DNA of 20,311 nucleotides, from the NCBI RefSeq assembly GCF_003334335.1, contig NZ_QOWQ01000053.1, one strand, 5' to 3'. A program made the translations under genes and the position numbers. Shown here piece by piece: positions 10,050-18,262 of the stretch (the first letter of the stretch is position 1; each line of letters begins with the position of its first letter). This stretch comes from Escherichia coli. Its GTDB lineage: Bacteria; Pseudomonadota; Gammaproteobacteria; Enterobacterales; Enterobacteriaceae. The notes beneath the pieces were generated by a model, which was not told where the DNA came from, did not search any database, and was given only the letters and a program-made list of their open reading frames with translations.

Positions 10050-11178
10050 ACTGAACGATCTTCTGACCACCCGTGAGCTACAACGCTGGCGATTAATTCT
10101 TGGCGAAGCGGCAGAAACGACGCTTTGTGGGCTGGATGACAACGCCCGGCAGATAGACCACGCGCTGGAGTGGCTGTATGGGCGCGATCCTGAACGGCTC
10201 CAGCGTGGTGAACGCTCCGGTGGATTAGGTGGCTCAAATCTCACCACCCCTGAGTGGATCAACAGTATTCACACGCTGTTTCCGCAACAGGTGATTGAGC
10301 GGCTGGAAAGCGATGCCGTACTGCGCTACGGCATTGAAGATGTGGTGACAAATCTCGACGTGCTGGAACGTATGCAGCCTTCCGAAAGCCTGCTACGCGC
10401 CGTTTTGCACACCAAACATCTGATGAATCCCGAAGTACTGGCTGCCGCCCGCCAGATAGTGCGCCAGGTTGTTGAAGAAATTATGGCGCGACTGGCAAAG
10501 GAAGTTCGCCAGGCTTTTTCTGGTGTCCGCGATCGCCGTCGCCGTTCATTTATTCCACTGGCGCGAAACTTTGATTTCAAAAGTACTCTGCGCGCCAACC
10601 TGCAACACTGGCACCCGCAACACGGCAAGTTGTATATCGAATCCCCCCGCTTTAACAGCCGCATTAAACGCCAAAGCGAACAATGGCAACTGGTCTTACT
10701 GGTTGATCAAAGCGGATCGATGGTCAATTCGGTGATCCACTCTGCGGTGATGGCGGCCTGTTTGTGGCAGTTACCCGGCATTCGTACCCATCTGGTGGCG
10801 TTTGACACAAGCGTCGTTGATCTCACGGCAGACGTTGCCGATCCGGTAGAGTTATTAATGAAAGTACAGTTGGGCGGCGGGACCAATATCGCCAGTGCCG
10901 TGGAGTATGGTCGGCAACTTATTGAACAACCAGCGAAAAGCGTCATTATCCTCGTGAGCGATTTTTACGAAGGGGGTTCATCATCATTACTGACGCATCA
11001 GGTGAAAAAGTGTGTCCAGAGCGGCATCAAAGTGCTGGGACTGGCAGCGCTCGATAGCACCGCAACACCTTGCTATGACCGCGATACGGCCCAGGCGCTG
11101 GTTAATGTCGGCGCACAAATAGCCGCCATGACGCCGGGCGAGCTGGCATCATGGCTTGCGGAGAATCTTCAGTCATGA
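10042..11178 (+). CDS. yehP: von Willebrand factor A (vWA) domain protein YehP (378 aa)
   Basis: MIDAS-like DxSxS motif (LVDQSGSM) followed by a G-G-T-N element, typical of vWA folds. Start ATG at 10042 overlaps the yehM stop by 8 nt. Confidence 0.85.
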   Translation: MSELNDLLTTRELQRWRLILGEAAETTLCGLDDNARQIDHALEWLYGRDPERLQRGERSGGLGGSNLTTPEWINSIHTLFPQQVIERLESDAVLRYGIEDVVTNLDVLERMQPSESLLRAVLHTKHLMNPEVLAAARQIVRQVVEEIMARLAKEVRQAFSGVRDRRRRSFIPLARNFDFKSTLRANLQHWHPQHGKLYIESPRFNSRIKRQSEQWQLVLLVDQSGSMVNSVIHSAVMAACLWQLPGIRTHLVAFDTSVVDLTADVADPVELLMKVQLGGGTNIASAVEYGRQLIEQPAKSVIILVSDFYEGGSSSLLTHQVKKCVQSGIKVLGLAALDSTATPCYDRDTAQALVNVGAQIAAMTPGELASWLAENLQS

Positions 11179-13178
11179 ATTCACTACGTCCGGAATTATT
11201 AGAACTGACACCACAGGCCCTGACGGCGTTAAGCAATGCCGGTTTTGTTAAGCGCAGTCTTAAGGAACTGGAAAATGGCAACGTCCCGGAGATCAGCCAT
11301 GAGAACGACGCTTTAATCGCCACCTTCAGTGACGGTGTCCGTACCCAGCTGGCGAACGGCCAGGCACTGAAAGAGGCTCAGTGCAGTTGCGGGGCCAACG
11401 GTATGTGCCGTCATCGCGTGATGCTGGTGTTAAGTTATCAACGACTTTGTGCCACCACTCAGTCTACGGAAAAAGAAGAAGAGTGGGATCCGGCAATCTG
11501 GCTGGAAGAACTGGCTACCCTTCCCGATGCTACCCGCAAACGCGCACAGGCACTGGTCGCTAAAGGCATCACCATTGAGTTGTTCTGTACGCCGGGCGAA
11601 ATTCCCTCTGCCCGCTTACCGATGAGCGATGTGCGTTTTTATTCCCGTAGCAGCATTCGTTTCGCCCGTTGTGATTGTATTGAAGGCACACTTTGCGAAC
11701 ATGTCGTACTGGCAGTACAGGCCTTTGTCCAGGCAAAAGCGCAGCAAGCGGAATTGACTCATTTAATCTGGCAGATGCGCAGCGAACACGTCACATCATC
11801 TGACGATCTGTTTGCCAGCGAAGAAGGCAAAACGTGTCGTCAATATGTTCAGCAACTAAGCCAGGCATTATGGCTGGGCGGCATCAGCCAGCCGCTTATT
11901 CACTACGAGGCCGCTTTCAGCCGCGCGCAGCAAGCAGCGGAACGCTGCAACTGGCGATGGGTGAGTGAATCGCTACGGCAACTGCGCGCCAGCGTTGATG
12001 CCTTCCACGCCCGCGCCAGCCACTATCATGCCGGAGAATGCTTACGTCAGCTTGCGGCATTAAACAGTCGATTAAATTGCGCACAAGAGATGGCGCGGCG
12101 CGACAGTGTTGGTGAAGTTCCTCCTGTGCCGTGGCGCACGGTCGTTGGCTCTGGCATTGCCGGAGAAGCAAAGCTTGATCATCTGCGGCTGGTGTCTTTA
12201 GGTATGCGTTGCTGGCAGGATATTGAGCATTATGGTTTACGCATCTGGTTTACCGATCCCGACACCGGCAGTATTTTGCACCTTTCGCGCAGTTGGCCGC
12301 GAAGTGAACAGGAAAACTCACCGGCAGCTACGCGTCGGCTGTTTAGTTTTCAGGCTGGCGCACTGGCGGGTGGGCAAATTGTTTCACAAGCAGCAAAACG
12401 CAGTGCCGATGGCGAGCTGCTGTTAGCTACCCGCAACCGCTTAAGCAGCGTTGTGCCGCTGTCGCCTGATGCCTGGCAAATGTTGAGCGCGCCGTTACGC
12501 CAGTCGGGCATTGTGGCTTTGCGGGAATATTTACGCCAGCGTCCCCCCTCCTGCATACGGCCTCTTAATCAGGTCGATAACTTATTTATTCTGCCGGTCG
12601 CTGAGTGTATTTCGCTCGGTTGGGATAGCAGCCGCCAGACGCTGGATGCGCAGGTAATCAGCGGCGAAGGTGAAGATAATCTGCTGACGTTATCACTGCC
12701 AGCCTCAGCCAGCGCGCCTTATGCCATTGAACGCATGGCGGCGCTTTTGCAACAAACAGACGACCCCGTGTGTCTGGTTTCTGGCTTTGTCAGTTTTGTT
12801 GATGGGCAATTGACACTGGAACCACAGGTAATGATGACAAAGACTCGTGCCTGGGCGCTGGACGCAGAAACTGCGCCTGTGGTGGCATCACTACCTTCTG
12901 TCAGCGTTCTGCCTGTGCCGTCTACTGCTCATCAGTTGCTGATGCGCTGCCAGGCATTACTTATTCAACTGCTCCATAACGGCTGGCGCTATCAGGAACA
13001 GAGTGCTATTGGTCAGGCAGAGTTGCTGGCGAATGACCTCACCGCGGTGGGTTTTTATCGGCTGGCACATGTATTGGGACAATTTCGTAATACAGAAAGC
13101 GAGGCACGGGTAGAAGCAATGAATAACTGCGTTTTGCTGTGCGAACAATTATTCCCCATGCTTCAGCAACAAGGATGA
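11175..13178 (+). CDS. yehQ: SWIM zinc-finger protein YehQ (667 aa as called here)
   Basis: Two CxC...CxH signatures (CSCGANGMCRHRVM and CDCIEGTLCEHVV) characteristic of SWIM zinc fingers. ATG at 11175 overlaps the yehP stop (ATGA). GGAG lies 11 nt upstream. The alternative in-frame ATG at 11151 is less well placed. Confidence 0.8.
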   Translation: MNSLRPELLELTPQALTALSNAGFVKRSLKELENGNVPEISHENDALIATFSDGVRTQLANGQALKEAQCSCGANGMCRHRVMLVLSYQRLCATTQSTEKEEEWDPAIWLEELATLPDATRKRAQALVAKGITIELFCTPGEIPSARLPMSDVRFYSRSSIRFARCDCIEGTLCEHVVLAVQAFVQAKAQQAELTHLIWQMRSEHVTSSDDLFASEEGKTCRQYVQQLSQALWLGGISQPLIHYEAAFSRAQQAAERCNWRWVSESLRQLRASVDAFHARASHYHAGECLRQLAALNSRLNCAQEMARRDSVGEVPPVPWRTVVGSGIAGEAKLDHLRLVSLGMRCWQDIEHYGLRIWFTDPDTGSILHLSRSWPRSEQENSPAATRRLFSFQAGALAGGQIVSQAAKRSADGELLLATRNRLSSVVPLSPDAWQMLSAPLRQSGIVALREYLRQRPPSCIRPLNQVDNLFILPVAECISLGWDSSRQTLDAQVISGEGEDNLLTLSLPASASAPYAIERMAALLQQTDDPVCLVSGFVSFVDGQLTLEPQVMMTKTRAWALDAETAPVVASLPSVSVLPVPSTAHQLLMRCQALLIQLLHNGWRYQEQSAIGQAELLANDLTAVGFYRLAHVLGQFRNTESEARVEAMNNCVLLCEQLFPMLQQQG

Positions 13179-13302
13179 AATAGTGCTTTTTACTAAGAGT
13201 TCTACTCCAGTTCCGGACTGCTCACACCACGGTATTAGGCATATCCTATATAGCCCCTGGTGAGAGTCACCAGTTCCTTGATTAAATAAAATGGAGTTTT
13301 AC

Positions 13303-13764
13303 ATGAAGGCTTTCAATAAGCTGTTTTCCCTTGTTGTTGCATCTGTTCTGGTTTTCTCTCTTGCTGGCTGCGGTGACAAAGAAGAATCGAAGAAATTCAG
13401 CGCCAATCTGAACGGCACTGAAATTGCCATTACCTATGTCTACAAAGGTGACAAGGTGCTTAAGCAATCTTCAGAAACCAAAATTCAATTTGCCTCTATT
13501 GGTGCAACCACCAAAGAAGACGCTGCCAAGACACTTGAGCCGTTAAGCGCCAAATACAAAAACATCGCGGGTGTTGAAGAAAAATTAACCTATACCGATA
13601 CCTACGCGCAGGAAAACGTGACTATCGATATGGAAAAAGTGGATTTTAAAGCCCTGCAGGGTATTTCAGGAATCAACGTTTCTGCTGAAGATGCCAAAAA
13701 AGGTATCACTATGGCGCAAATGGAACTGGTGATGAAAGCCGCTGGTTTTAAAGAAGTGAAATAA
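13303..13764 (+). CDS. yehR: Lipoprotein YehR (153 aa)
   Basis: Signal peptide with lipobox LAGC (MKAFNKLFSLVVASVLVFSLAGCGDK). GGAG 6 nt upstream of the ATG at 13303. The ORF-track start at 13291 overlaps the RBS. Confidence 0.85.
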   Translation: MKAFNKLFSLVVASVLVFSLAGCGDKEESKKFSANLNGTEIAITYVYKGDKVLKQSSETKIQFASIGATTKEDAAKTLEPLSAKYKNIAGVEEKLTYTDTYAQENVTIDMEKVDFKALQGISGINVSAEDAKKGITMAQMELVMKAAGFKEVK

Positions 13765-13770
13765 TCTGTC

Positions 13771-13795
13771 GGCGGCCATGTTTCGCATGGCCGCC
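13771..13795. terminator. Hairpin between convergent yehR and yehS, likely a shared terminator
   Basis: GGCGGCCATG, loop TTTCG, CATGGCCGCC: a perfect 10-bp stem between the two stop codons (13764 and 13805). The flanking U-tract is weak. Confidence 0.55.
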
Positions 13796-13804
13796 ATACC
13801 CGTC

Positions 13805-14275
13805 TTAGCTTTTCTTCACATGCTGGCGCGCTGCCAGTCCACGCAGAAAATAACGTAAAAATTGATCGCCGCATTCGCGGAAGTTTTTATGATCCGGTGC
13901 ACGCATCATCGCCGTAATTTCCGGCATCGAAACGCGGAACTGCTGTTCGGTGAGGATCGCCAGAATGTCATCGGTTTTCAGCGAAAACGCGATGCGTAAT
14001 TTTTTTAGCACGATGTTGTTATTAATGCGACGTTCCGGCTCCAGTGCCGGAGCAGACTCATCCTTGCCGCGTTTTTCATAAATCAGGCCATTGAGGAATG
14101 ACGACAAAACAATGTCCGGACAACGCTGAAAACCCTCTTCGTCTTCTTTACGTAGCCAGACGGCGATCTGTTCCGCGGTGGCTTCGACATTACCCAGCGC
14201 CAGAATACGCACCAGGTCATTATTATTGGCTTTCAAAATGTAGCGCACGCTGCGCAGAATATCGTTACTTAGCAT
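13805..14275 (-). CDS. yehS: YehS (156 aa), DUF1456-type protein of unknown function
   Basis: Minus-strand ORF. Preferred start is the ATG whose reverse complement is at 14273-14275, preceded by GAAGG (protein begins MLSNDILRS). The longer ORF-track start lacks an RBS. Confidence 0.75.
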   Translation of the reverse strand: MLSNDILRSVRYILKANNNDLVRILALGNVEATAEQIAVWLRKEDEEGFQRCPDIVLSSFLNGLIYEKRGKDESAPALEPERRINNNIVLKKLRIAFSLKTDDILAILTEQQFRVSMPEITAMMRAPDHKNFRECGDQFLRYFLRGLAARQHVKKS

Positions 14276-14321
14276 GAGGCCTTCAGGTGTTGATGAGGCA
14301 AAAAGCCATTTTAGCAGTCTT

Positions 14322-15041
14322 TTACAGGCCAATCGCCTCTTTTAAGCTTTTCAGATAACGGCGGCTGACCGGCACGGTTAAGCCATTACGCAAAATCAAC
14401 TCGGCCTGGCCGTTATCTTCCAGACGAATCTCCTGTAAATGCGCGAGGTTAACCAGATACTGACGATGGCAGCGCAGTAGTGGTGTACGACTTTCCAGGG
14501 TACGTAATGTCAATTCGGTAAAGCCCTCTTTCCCTTCGTGGCTGGTAACGTAGACACCGCTCATCCGACTGCTGACAAATGCCACATCTTTCATTTGCAG
14601 CAAATAAATCCGACTATGCCCAGTACAAGGGATAAATTTCAGCGCCTGTTGATTTTCTGGTAACAGCGAAACATCCTGCTTGCTGCGTTCCTGCCGCAAA
14701 CGCGCCAGCGTTTTCTCCAGTCGCGCTTCATCAATTGGCTTCAGCAGATAATCAAAGGCGTGTTCTTCAAAGGCTTTAATGGCGTATTCGTCAAACGCGG
14801 TGAGAAAAACAATATACGGACGATGTTCCGGGTCGAGCATCCCCACCATTTCCAGACCACTGATGCGCGGCATCTGGATATCGAGAAACAGCACATCCGG
14901 GCGCAGTTTATGCACCGCGCCGATCCCTTCCACGGCGTTTGAACACTCACCAACGATTTCAATATCGCTCTGCTCCTGCAAAAATACGCGCAGGTTCTCC
15001 CGTGCTAACGGTTCATCATCGACAATTAAGACTTTAATCAT
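14322..15041 (-). CDS. btsR: LytTR-family response regulator BtsR (YehT), 239 aa
   Basis: N-terminal receiver domain ([17 protein letters not shown] with the conserved acidic pair, plus a later phospho-acceptor Asp context) and a C-terminal LytTR-type DNA-binding region. Its start ATG overlaps the btsS stop (ATGA), indicating translational coupling. Confidence 0.85.
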
Positions 15042-16723
15042 GCCTCGTCCCTCCATGGTAGTCGTAACGTTATTCGGGTGTAACTATCAGGCTCACAGGC
15101 GACGCTTATCCCATAGTCATCGCCAAACCGTTCACGTAAACGCTTATCCACCAGATTCATCCCCAGCCCACTGGCATTGGTTACCGGTTGATACAAACCG
15201 GCATTGTCTTCGATCTCCAGCATCAAATGTTGCCCCTCACGTCGGGCGCTGATTGCCACTCGCCCTGTATCCAGCAGTTGTGATGTCCCATGTTTAATGG
15301 CGTTTTCCACTATCGGTTGCAGGGTAAACGCGGGCAATTGCTGCTGGGATAATTCTTGCGGAATAGCAATGTTGACCTGCAACCGCGACTGGAAGCGCGC
15401 CTTTTCAATTTGCAGATAAGCGTTCACATGTTCAATTTCGTCGGCGAGAGTAACAAACTCCGAAGGCCGCTTTAAGTTTTTGCGGAAAAAAGTGGAAAGA
15501 TACTGCACCAGCTGGCTGGCCTGTTCGCTGTCGCGACGGATCACCGCTTTAATGGTGTTAAGCGCATTAAACAAAAAATGGGGGTTCACCTGGGCGTGAA
15601 GCAGTTTGATCTCTGACTGGGTGAGCATCGCTTTTTGCCGCTCATATTGCCCGGCGAGGATCTGCGCCGAAAGCAGTTGCGCAATCCCCTCGCCCAGCGT
15701 GCGGTTGATTGAACTGAATAAACGGTTTTTGGCTTCATACAATTTGATGGTGCCCATCACCCGCTGATTTTCACCACGCAACGGAATTACCAGCGTCGAC
15801 CCCAGTTTGCATTGCGGATGCAAAGAGCAACGATAAGGTACTTCGTTGCCATCAGCGTAGACCACTTCACCGGTTTCAATCGCTTTTAAGGTGTAAGTCG
15901 AAGATATCGGTTTGCCGGGTAAATGGTGGTCGTCACCAATTCCGGTAAAGGCCAGCAATTTCTCTCGATCGGTAATCGCGACTGCACCAATATCCAGCTC
16001 CTGATACAGCACCTGTGCCACTTTCATGCTGTTCACTTCGTTAAACCCCTGGCGCAAAATGCCTTCCGTCGAGGCAGCCACTTTCAGCGCAGTGGCAGAA
16101 AAAGCCGAAGTGTATTTTTCAAACATCGCGCGTTTATCGAGCAATATACGCATAAACAGCGCCGCGCCGACGGTATTGGTGACCATCATTGGCGCAGCAA
16201 TATTACTCACCAGACGCACCGCATCTTCATAAGGTCGGGCGATCGCCAGGATGATCAACATTTGCACCATTTCAGCGACGAACGTGACGGCACCGGCGGT
16301 AATGGGGTTAAAGACTTTATCAGTGCGCCCGCGACGGATCAGGATGCTGTGTACCAGGCCGCCGAGCAATCCTTCAACGATGGTCGAGATCATGCAACTT
16401 AGCGCGGTCATGCCCCCCATCGAATATCGATGTAACCCGCCGGTCAGGCCAACCAGCCCACCGACGACCGGACCGCCGAGTAAGCCGCCCATTACCGCGC
16501 CTATCGCACGGGTATTGGCAATAGAATCGTCAATGTGCAACCCAAACCAGGTGCCCATGATGCAGAAGATGGAAAAGACGATGTAGCAGAGAAATTTATG
16601 CGGCAGACGAACCGTGACCTGCATTAACGGTATGAATAATGGCGTTTTACTCATTAACCATGCAATGACTAAAAAAACGCACATCTGCTGAAGCAGCAGC
16701 AACACCAGATTAAAATCGTACAT
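15038..16723 (-). CDS. btsS: LytS-type sensor histidine kinase BtsS (YehU), 561 aa
   Basis: N-terminal multi-pass hydrophobic region with glycine-rich helices, a central GAF-like region, and a C-terminal His-kinase/HATPase region ([14 protein letters not shown], then G-rich ATP-lid motifs). Start chosen at MYDFNL (16723); the GTG 5 codons upstream is an alternative. Confidence 0.85.
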
Positions 16724-16944
16724 ACCCGCAAACCACACTTCCCTTTAAAACGCGTAACATACATTGCCTGCGTTTAACTTTCTTTGAACTCTTGCAGAAA
16801 AATGAGAATTCGTGAGTACGATCACTCAAAATCGCCTGGCAAAAATAAAATCACCCTATAAATGCACAAAAAACGGGCAAAACTACCTGGTTCGCAAAAC
16901 TGCGTCTAAAGTTAAACCGGGACCTCGCGAGCAAGGGTGAGACG
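16724..16944. promoter_or_regulatory. Divergent intergenic control region between btsS (minus) and mlrA (plus)
   Basis: 221-bp AT-rich non-coding gap between two divergently oriented starts. AGGGTGAG RBS precedes the mlrA ATG. No specific promoter hexamers are asserted. Confidence 0.5.
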
Positions 16945-17013
16945 ATGGCGCTTTACACAATTGGTGAAGTGGCGTTGCTTTGTGATATTAACCCTGTCAC
17001 GTTACGCGCGTGA
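16945..17013 (+). pseudogene. mlrA: 5' remnant of mlrA (yehV): first 22 codons, then a premature stop created at an insertion junction
   Basis: Encodes MALYTIGEVALLCDINPVTLRA, the start of a MerR-type HTH, then TGA at 17011-17013. Where a MerR recognition helix should continue (W-x-RRYGLL), the downstream sequence is unrelated. Confidence 0.8.
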
Positions 17014-17177
17014 CGCAACATTTTTAAAAATCGACGAAGATCGTCCAGGAGCGCCGTTTTTCAAGGGTTGGATAGATGATTCGTTTACCATGTCGACGAA
17101 CTTCGACGAATTTCGCCGATAAAAAGTGTCCCATACATGCCCCATTGATGCCCCATAAACAATATCAGGAATTGACA

Positions 17178-17222
17178 CTGGTTATCCATACAGACAAAAA
17201 TAACACCTGTACATAACCACAG
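17178..17222 (+). promoter_or_regulatory. Two LexA-box-like palindromes (SOS operators) upstream of the dinI homolog, with an adjacent consensus -35
   Basis: CTGG-N8-ACAG at 17178-17193 and a perfect CTGT-N8-ACAG at 17207-17222. TTGACA at 17172-17177 abuts the first box. AGGAGG RBS at 17227-17232. Confidence 0.6.
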
Positions 17223-17237
17223 TTACAGGAGGGTGTT

Positions 17238-17486
17238 ATGCGTGTTGAGATCTGTATCGCTAAAGAAAAAATCAGCAAAATGCCAAAAGGTTCTGTTTCT
17301 GCCCTGCAGCAAGAAATGCTTCGACGTGTCAGTAAACGTTATGACGATGTGGACGTGATTGTCAGAGCCGCCAACAATGACAGTCTCACCATTTTAAGAG
17401 CTGTAGATAAAGAATCCGCGCACGAATTTGTTCAGGAAACACTGCAGGAAGCCTGGGAAACCGCTGACGACTGGTTTATTCGGTAA
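17238..17486 (+). CDS. DinI-family protein (82 aa), prophage-encoded homolog of the SOS protein DinI
   Basis: [10 protein letters not shown]...[10 protein letters not shown]...[17 protein letters not shown] parallels E. coli DinI as I recall it (MRIEVTIAK...AANNLSVIG...QETWESADDWFVSE). Strong RBS and LexA-like boxes upstream. Confidence 0.8.
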   Translation: MRVEICIAKEKISKMPKGSVSALQQEMLRRVSKRYDDVDVIVRAANNDSLTILRAVDKESAHEFVQETLQEAWETADDWFIR

Positions 17487-17497
17487 ATCTTCTTTAC

Positions 17498-17526
17498 GGG
17501 GAGTTAACTTACTCCCCATTTTTTAT
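17498..17526. terminator. Rho-independent terminator after the dinI homolog (possibly bidirectional)
   Basis: GGGGAGT, loop TAACTT, ACTCCCC, followed by ATTTTTTATT. On the minus strand the same hairpin immediately follows the stop of the small ORF at 17523. Confidence 0.7.
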
Positions 17527-17654
17527 TGCATGATAATTGCAGCAACGGCACAGAGTGTCACCACACCACCCAGCCACACAAACAGCATGAAGCACATTGC
17601 TCCCGCTGTATAACGTTTTCTCCCGTACATACGGCATTTGTCTTTATTCATCAT
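17523..17654 (-). CDS. Candidate small tail-anchored membrane protein (43 aa)
   Basis: MMNKDKCRMYGRKRYTAGAMCFMLFVWLGGVVTLCAVAAIIMQ: basic N-terminus then a single ~23-residue hydrophobic segment. AGGGG lies a few nt upstream of the ATG. The stop is followed directly by the hairpin at 17498-17517. No homology is asserted. Confidence 0.3.
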   Translation of the reverse strand: MMNKDKCRMYGRKRYTAGAMCFMLFVWLGGVVTLCAVAAIIMQ

Positions 17655-17700
17655 CTGCCCCTGAATCACATGAAGACGCTGCAGGTCCGGTAACACTGAA

Positions 17701-18174
17701 TCACTCCGCACACGCAAGATGTTTCACGCTCACACCATACAGCCCGTTTTTCGCCATTCCCGTATACAGAAAGGTATTCACCGTCTTCGTGTGAATGCCC
17801 ATTTCACTGGCAAGGCGACAGGGTCTCGACTGGCGGTAGACGTAGCCAAACATCACCACCATCTCTGACATCGTCAGCGGACGGGCAACGCTGTTATACG
17901 TCCATACACCATTGCGTATGGCATCACTTATCTGCTCACCATCACGGAGTGATTCCGCACCCAGTTGCAGAAAATGCCGTCCCTGGAACATGCAGCGCAT
18001 CAGTCTGCCCAGCAACGTATCACAGATTATCAGCCAGGATTCGTCAAAGTCCGGGATATAACGGCGGTTCTCCGGCAGGAAAAACTCCCTCGCCAGTATC
18101 ACACTGTGTTCCTTCAGTAACGCCTGCAGACCATACTCCAGATAGCGATTCCTGGTAGCCAGAATCACCTTCAT
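17701..18174 (-). CDS. LuxR/GerE-type HTH transcriptional regulator (157 aa) with an atypical N-terminal domain
   Basis: C-terminal segment LTMSEMVVMF...RLASEMGIHTKTVNTFLYTGMAKNGL fits the LuxR-family HTH pattern (compare ...EIA..LGIS.KTV..H..NI..KLG). The N-terminus (MKVILATRN) is receiver-like but lacks the acidic pocket. Start chosen at the ATG with an AGGAAGG RBS. Confidence 0.6.
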   Translation of the reverse strand: MKVILATRNRYLEYGLQALLKEHSVILAREFFLPENRRYIPDFDESWLIICDTLLGRLMRCMFQGRHFLQLGAESLRDGEQISDAIRNGVWTYNSVARPLTMSEMVVMFGYVYRQSRPCRLASEMGIHTKTVNTFLYTGMAKNGLYGVSVKHLACAE

Positions 18175-18262
18175 CGCAGCACCTTCCTGTTTTTTATGCC
18201 CCATGAAAAACGGCAGACCAGAGTCCTGCGCCTGCCGTCATGCTTCATGTCACTGTCAGCAA

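Noticed and set aside
6605-11174. Longer upstream start codons for yehL (6605), yehM (7602), yehP (9814) and yehQ (11151) as given in the ORF track
   Set aside because: Each would overlap the preceding gene by tens to hundreds of nucleotides and lacks a Shine-Dalgarno sequence. The shorter starts have RBS motifs, give the tight-coupling pattern typical of operons, and match the protein lengths I recall for these genes.
16937-17122. 61-aa ORF spanning the mlrA start and the insertion junction
   Set aside because: It is in a different frame from the recognisable mlrA N-terminus, has no RBS, and runs across the junction, so it is best explained as a chance ORF.
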